Origin: an uncultured Chloroflexia bacterium
GTDB taxonomy: Bacteria > Chloroflexota > Dehalococcoidia > DSTF01 > JALHUB01
Assembly (NCBI GenBank): GCA_963726245.1
Contig: CAVSBT010000033.1
Location: forward strand, 1 to 10,565
Length of the DNA: 10,565 bases
Reading direction: 5' to 3'
A model generated the notes under the pieces. It was not told the origin of the DNA, did not search any database, and worked only from the letters and a program-made list of their open reading frames with translations. Below, in pieces: positions 8,454 through 10,565 of the stretch. Position 1 is the stretch's first letter. Every line of letters starts with the position of its first letter. The position numbers were made by a program, and so were the translations under genes.

Positions 8454-9209
8454 CTACCGGAACATCACGACGCGGCGGAAGCGCTCCAGGTAGCGGCCGG
8501 ACTCGTCCCGCCAGCGCTCCTTGACGAACTGGAGGAACTCGGCGCCGTCGCCGAACTGGGTCTTGTGCTCCAACAGGGCCTGGATCTTCAGGTCGACGAT
8601 GTCCGTGATGTCGACGCAGAAGTTGCCCTTGTCGAAGCTCCAGATGTAGATCTCCTTGACGTTGTGGGGCTCCAGGCCCTCCTCCAGGTGCTCCGGGAAG
8701 TTCCAGCGGTCGCGGGCGGCGGGATAGACGGCGTCGATGGCCACGAGCCCGGCGCAGCGGTGGTCGGAATGGTTCACGAAGCTGTCGCGAACGATGATGG
8801 ACTCCGGGTCGCTTGTGAAGACGGCGTAGGGGCGGATGAGGCGGATATGGCGCACGACGTCGCCCAGCAGCTTCCGGGTGTAGGTCAGCTCGCCGTCCAC
8901 GTAGTCGAGGAAGAAGACGTCCTTCACGCCTAGCCTGCGGGCCGCCGCCCGCTGCTCTTCCTGGCGCAAGGGCGCCAGGCGCTCGGGCGTCATCGCCGGG
9001 TCGGCGCTGCCCTTGTTGCCGTTGGTGCAGACCAGGTAGTAGAACTCCCACCCCTGGCGCGACCAGAGGGCGGCGGTGCCGCCGCAGCCGAACTCGGAGT
9101 CGTCCGGGTGGGCGGCGACGACCAGGGCGCGCTTCACCTCATGTCCCTCGCTCGTCTCGGTGCTTGTCTCCGGCACTGCGAGGCCTTCCAGGCTCGATGT
9201 TCTCTCCAT
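8454..9209 (-). CDS. PIG-L/LmbE family Zn-dependent N-deacetylase
   Basis: Intact 251-aa ORF with LVVAAHPDDSEFGCGGT, TNGNKG, RQEEQRAAARRLGV, NHSDH, VDIT...KIQALLEHKTQ; purine-rich RBS (GAGGGGGAG) upstream of the ATG. Confidence 0.93.
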   Translation of the reverse strand: MERTSSLEGLAVPETSTETSEGHEVKRALVVAAHPDDSEFGCGGTAALWSRQGWEFYYLVCTNGNKGSADPAMTPERLAPLRQEEQRAAARRLGVKDVFFLDYVDGELTYTRKLLGDVVRHIRLIRPYAVFTSDPESIIVRDSFVNHSDHRCAGLVAIDAVYPAARDRWNFPEHLEEGLEPHNVKEIYIWSFDKGNFCVDITDIVDLKIQALLEHKTQFGDGAEFLQFVKERWRDESGRYLERFRRVVMFR

Positions 9210-9279
9210 CTCTCCCCCTCAAGTGCTCAAGGCGCCCTTTCGGGCGCCCGCTCCCTCCCAGGATTCGCTACTACTATCT

Positions 9280-9309
9280 ATTGTAGGGGTCGGCCTGGCT
9301 CCGGGGCAA
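9280..9309 (-). promoter_or_regulatory. Putative sigma70-type promoter for the PIG-L gene
   Basis: Minus strand TTGCCC (9309-9304), 18-bp spacer, TACAAT (9285-9280), followed by an AT-rich tract. Confidence 0.55.
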
Positions 9310-9340
9310 CGGCGGCGATTCGCGCTCGAAGACCCGCAGC

Positions 9341-9520
9341 GATCCCGTAGGAGACATCGATCTGGCGCTGGGTTCGAGGGTTTGAAGGACAGCGCAGACT
9401 GGCCCGGCGGCCTGAGGGAGCCAGCGGGTGGCGCGCAGCCGTCCTTCGCTCGCGAGGAACCGAGGGGTCTGGCTCAAGCTGCGGGCGTCTGTTCGCCCAG
9501 AAGTCCACCCCTGTGGGCTC
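9341..9520. ncRNA. Candidate ~180-nt rod-like structured RNA or non-autonomous element (family unassigned)
   Basis: Nested complementary segments: GATCCCGTAGG/CCTGTGGGCTC at the termini, TCTGGCG/CGCCCAGA, GAAGGAC/GTCCTTC, GCGC/GCGC, CTGGC/GCCAG. No convincing ORF overlaps it. Confidence 0.4.
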
Positions 9521-9550
9521 GAGGAATATGAGCGCCGACGACGCCACGAA

Positions 9551-10150
9551 CTACGGTAGCTGCATGACCCGATCGAGCACGGGGGGCATCGTCCTGGTGA
9601 TGTCGACCGTTCCACCAATGGGGGCTTGGAGTTCCAAGGTCCACCGAGAGTTTGGCCCGATGCTCGGCGGGCCTGTTGCGCTGTCGACATCTGCCAGCCT
9701 TATGGTCAACTGAGCGGTCTCGCCCGGCGCAAGGAGACCGTCGCCGTTGCCGACGATCTCCACGGCCGTATACGGGACATCGGCATCGTATGCTCCGCTG
9801 TCACAGTAGCTGACGACAAGCCGGCCAGTCGTCGAAGTGCCATCCAGCGGTACCGGGTCGCCCGCCCCGCTGGTTCCGACGATGACCTGGATCCTGTCGA
9901 CTGCCAGAGGTTGACCGCTCGCAACGACGATAACAGAGCCACGAACCTCCAATGTCCCGCTGACCCGGCCGAGGCTGGCACGAAAGACCTGATCCAACTG
10001 GTCGGCACCAAGTTCTCCACTCGTGATGGCCACGGTGCCAACAACAAGCGCGGTCCCCAGCAGGCAAACGAGTGCGAGGCCCATGCCGGCCTGACCACTC
10101 TCGCTGGCTGCTGAGAAAAGAAGGCGGAAGAGACTACGTAGGCGTGCCAT
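9551..10150 (-). CDS. arlB: Archaellin-like protein (archaeal flagellin ArlB/FlaB family, type IV pilin superfamily)
   Basis: Intact 199 aa. Basic leader, G|Q putative class III cleavage site and hydrophobic helix; ...SLGRVSGTLEVRGSVI; GDPVPL...LVVSYCD; GNGDGLLAPGETAQLTI; IGPNSRWTLELQAPIGGTVDITRTMP...VMQL. This motif order follows archaellins (LE.kGsV; .dgdlLe.GE; pn..ftlev.pp.Ga.l.i.RT.P). Confidence 0.8.
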   Translation of the reverse strand: MARLRSLFRLLFSAASESGQAGMGLALVCLLGTALVVGTVAITSGELGADQLDQVFRASLGRVSGTLEVRGSVIVVASGQPLAVDRIQVIVGTSGAGDPVPLDGTSTTGRLVVSYCDSGAYDADVPYTAVEIVGNGDGLLAPGETAQLTIRLADVDSATGPPSIGPNSRWTLELQAPIGGTVDITRTMPPVLDRVMQLP

Positions 10151-10203
10151 TGCCTTGAAGGGCGGCGGGGCAACACCTGCGGCATCCTTGCCTCGAATAA
10201 GAC

Positions 10204-10230
10204 AAGCCGGCAGTCCACTGCTGCCGGTTT
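10204..10230 (-). terminator. Terminator-like hairpin upstream of the archaellin start
   Basis: CCGGCAG (10207-10213), 7-nt loop, CTGCCGG (10221-10227); followed on the minus strand by CUUGUCUUAUU. Confidence 0.45.
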
Positions 10231-10353
10231 CACCACTGGCCTGCCCTATGACGGGAGGCTTCGGGGCGTTCGGTGACCAGACTGAGCGCCCTCCGCGAGC
10301 GCTTACCCCGAAGCGGCCTCAACAGTCCGCGCTTGGGAAACGTCGTTTCGCTT

Positions 10354-10565
10354 CTACCAGGGATAACGCCGCTTCAGTCTTCCCGTTACACACACGGCGT
10401 TTGGCGGGGGAGCCTCGTCGCCGTGCGGAGGGCGAGTCCGGTTCTCTGCCAACCGAGCCAAGGTTCCACGAGGGAGAAGGAGCTCGAACGCCGCGGGAGG
10501 GACTTCACTGTCAGGTACCTGGGGCCGCGCGGCCCAATTCACCACCATACGCCGGAAAGCCGCTT
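10354..10565 (-). CDS. Possible 3' end of an unidentified gene entering from the right edge
   Basis: The frame is open from the window edge (AAFRRMVVNWAARP...) to TAG at 10354-10356. No recognisable motif. Confidence 0.3.
   Translation of the reverse strand, partial: AAFRRMVVNWAARPQVPDSEVPPAAFELLLPRGTLARLAENRTRPPHGDEAPPPNAVCVTGRLKRRYPW

Noticed and set aside
9283-9300. GTAGGGG as another REP copy
   Set aside because: No palindrome follows the tag; it is better explained as the -10 box and spacer of the minus-strand promoter.
9400-9500. c-di-AMP riboswitch (GAGGAACC...GGGG on +) or glycine riboswitch (GAAGG...CUCAGG on -)
   Set aside because: Only short fragments match. The c-di-AMP 3' motif CCCGnCAGCUAAC and the glycine GGAGA...CCGAAG context are absent, and the plus strand has no downstream gene.
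9706-10236. 176-aa alternative-frame ORF overlapping the archaellin gene
   Set aside because: Ser/Arg/Pro-rich with no motifs, whereas the 9551-10150 frame shows a coherent family signature.

Overview
High-GC bacterial window with all credible genes on the minus strand. In transcription order (right to left): the 3' end of an unidentified ORF; a structured leader; a solitary archaellin-like (archaeal flagellin, ArlB/FlaB family) gene; a ~180-nt self-complementary intergenic element (candidate ncRNA); a PIG-L/LmbE deacetylase with its own sigma70-type promoter; then a promoter-led operon encoding an acetoin-dehydrogenase-type 2-oxoacid dehydrogenase complex (E1-alpha, E1-beta, E2, E3), a fumarylacetoacetate-hydrolase-family protein, an atypical PA/M28 peptidase-like protein and a two-domain nitrilase-family hydrolase that runs off the left edge. 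All seven operon genes are split by small indels, most simply read as uncorrected long-read errors. The spacers carry GTAG-tagged REP-like palindromes and a tandem-inverted 8-mer array, and the E2 gene contains a palindromic insertion. A bacterial archaellin suggests Chloroflexota (inference). All family calls come from motif recognition by eye, with no database searches.
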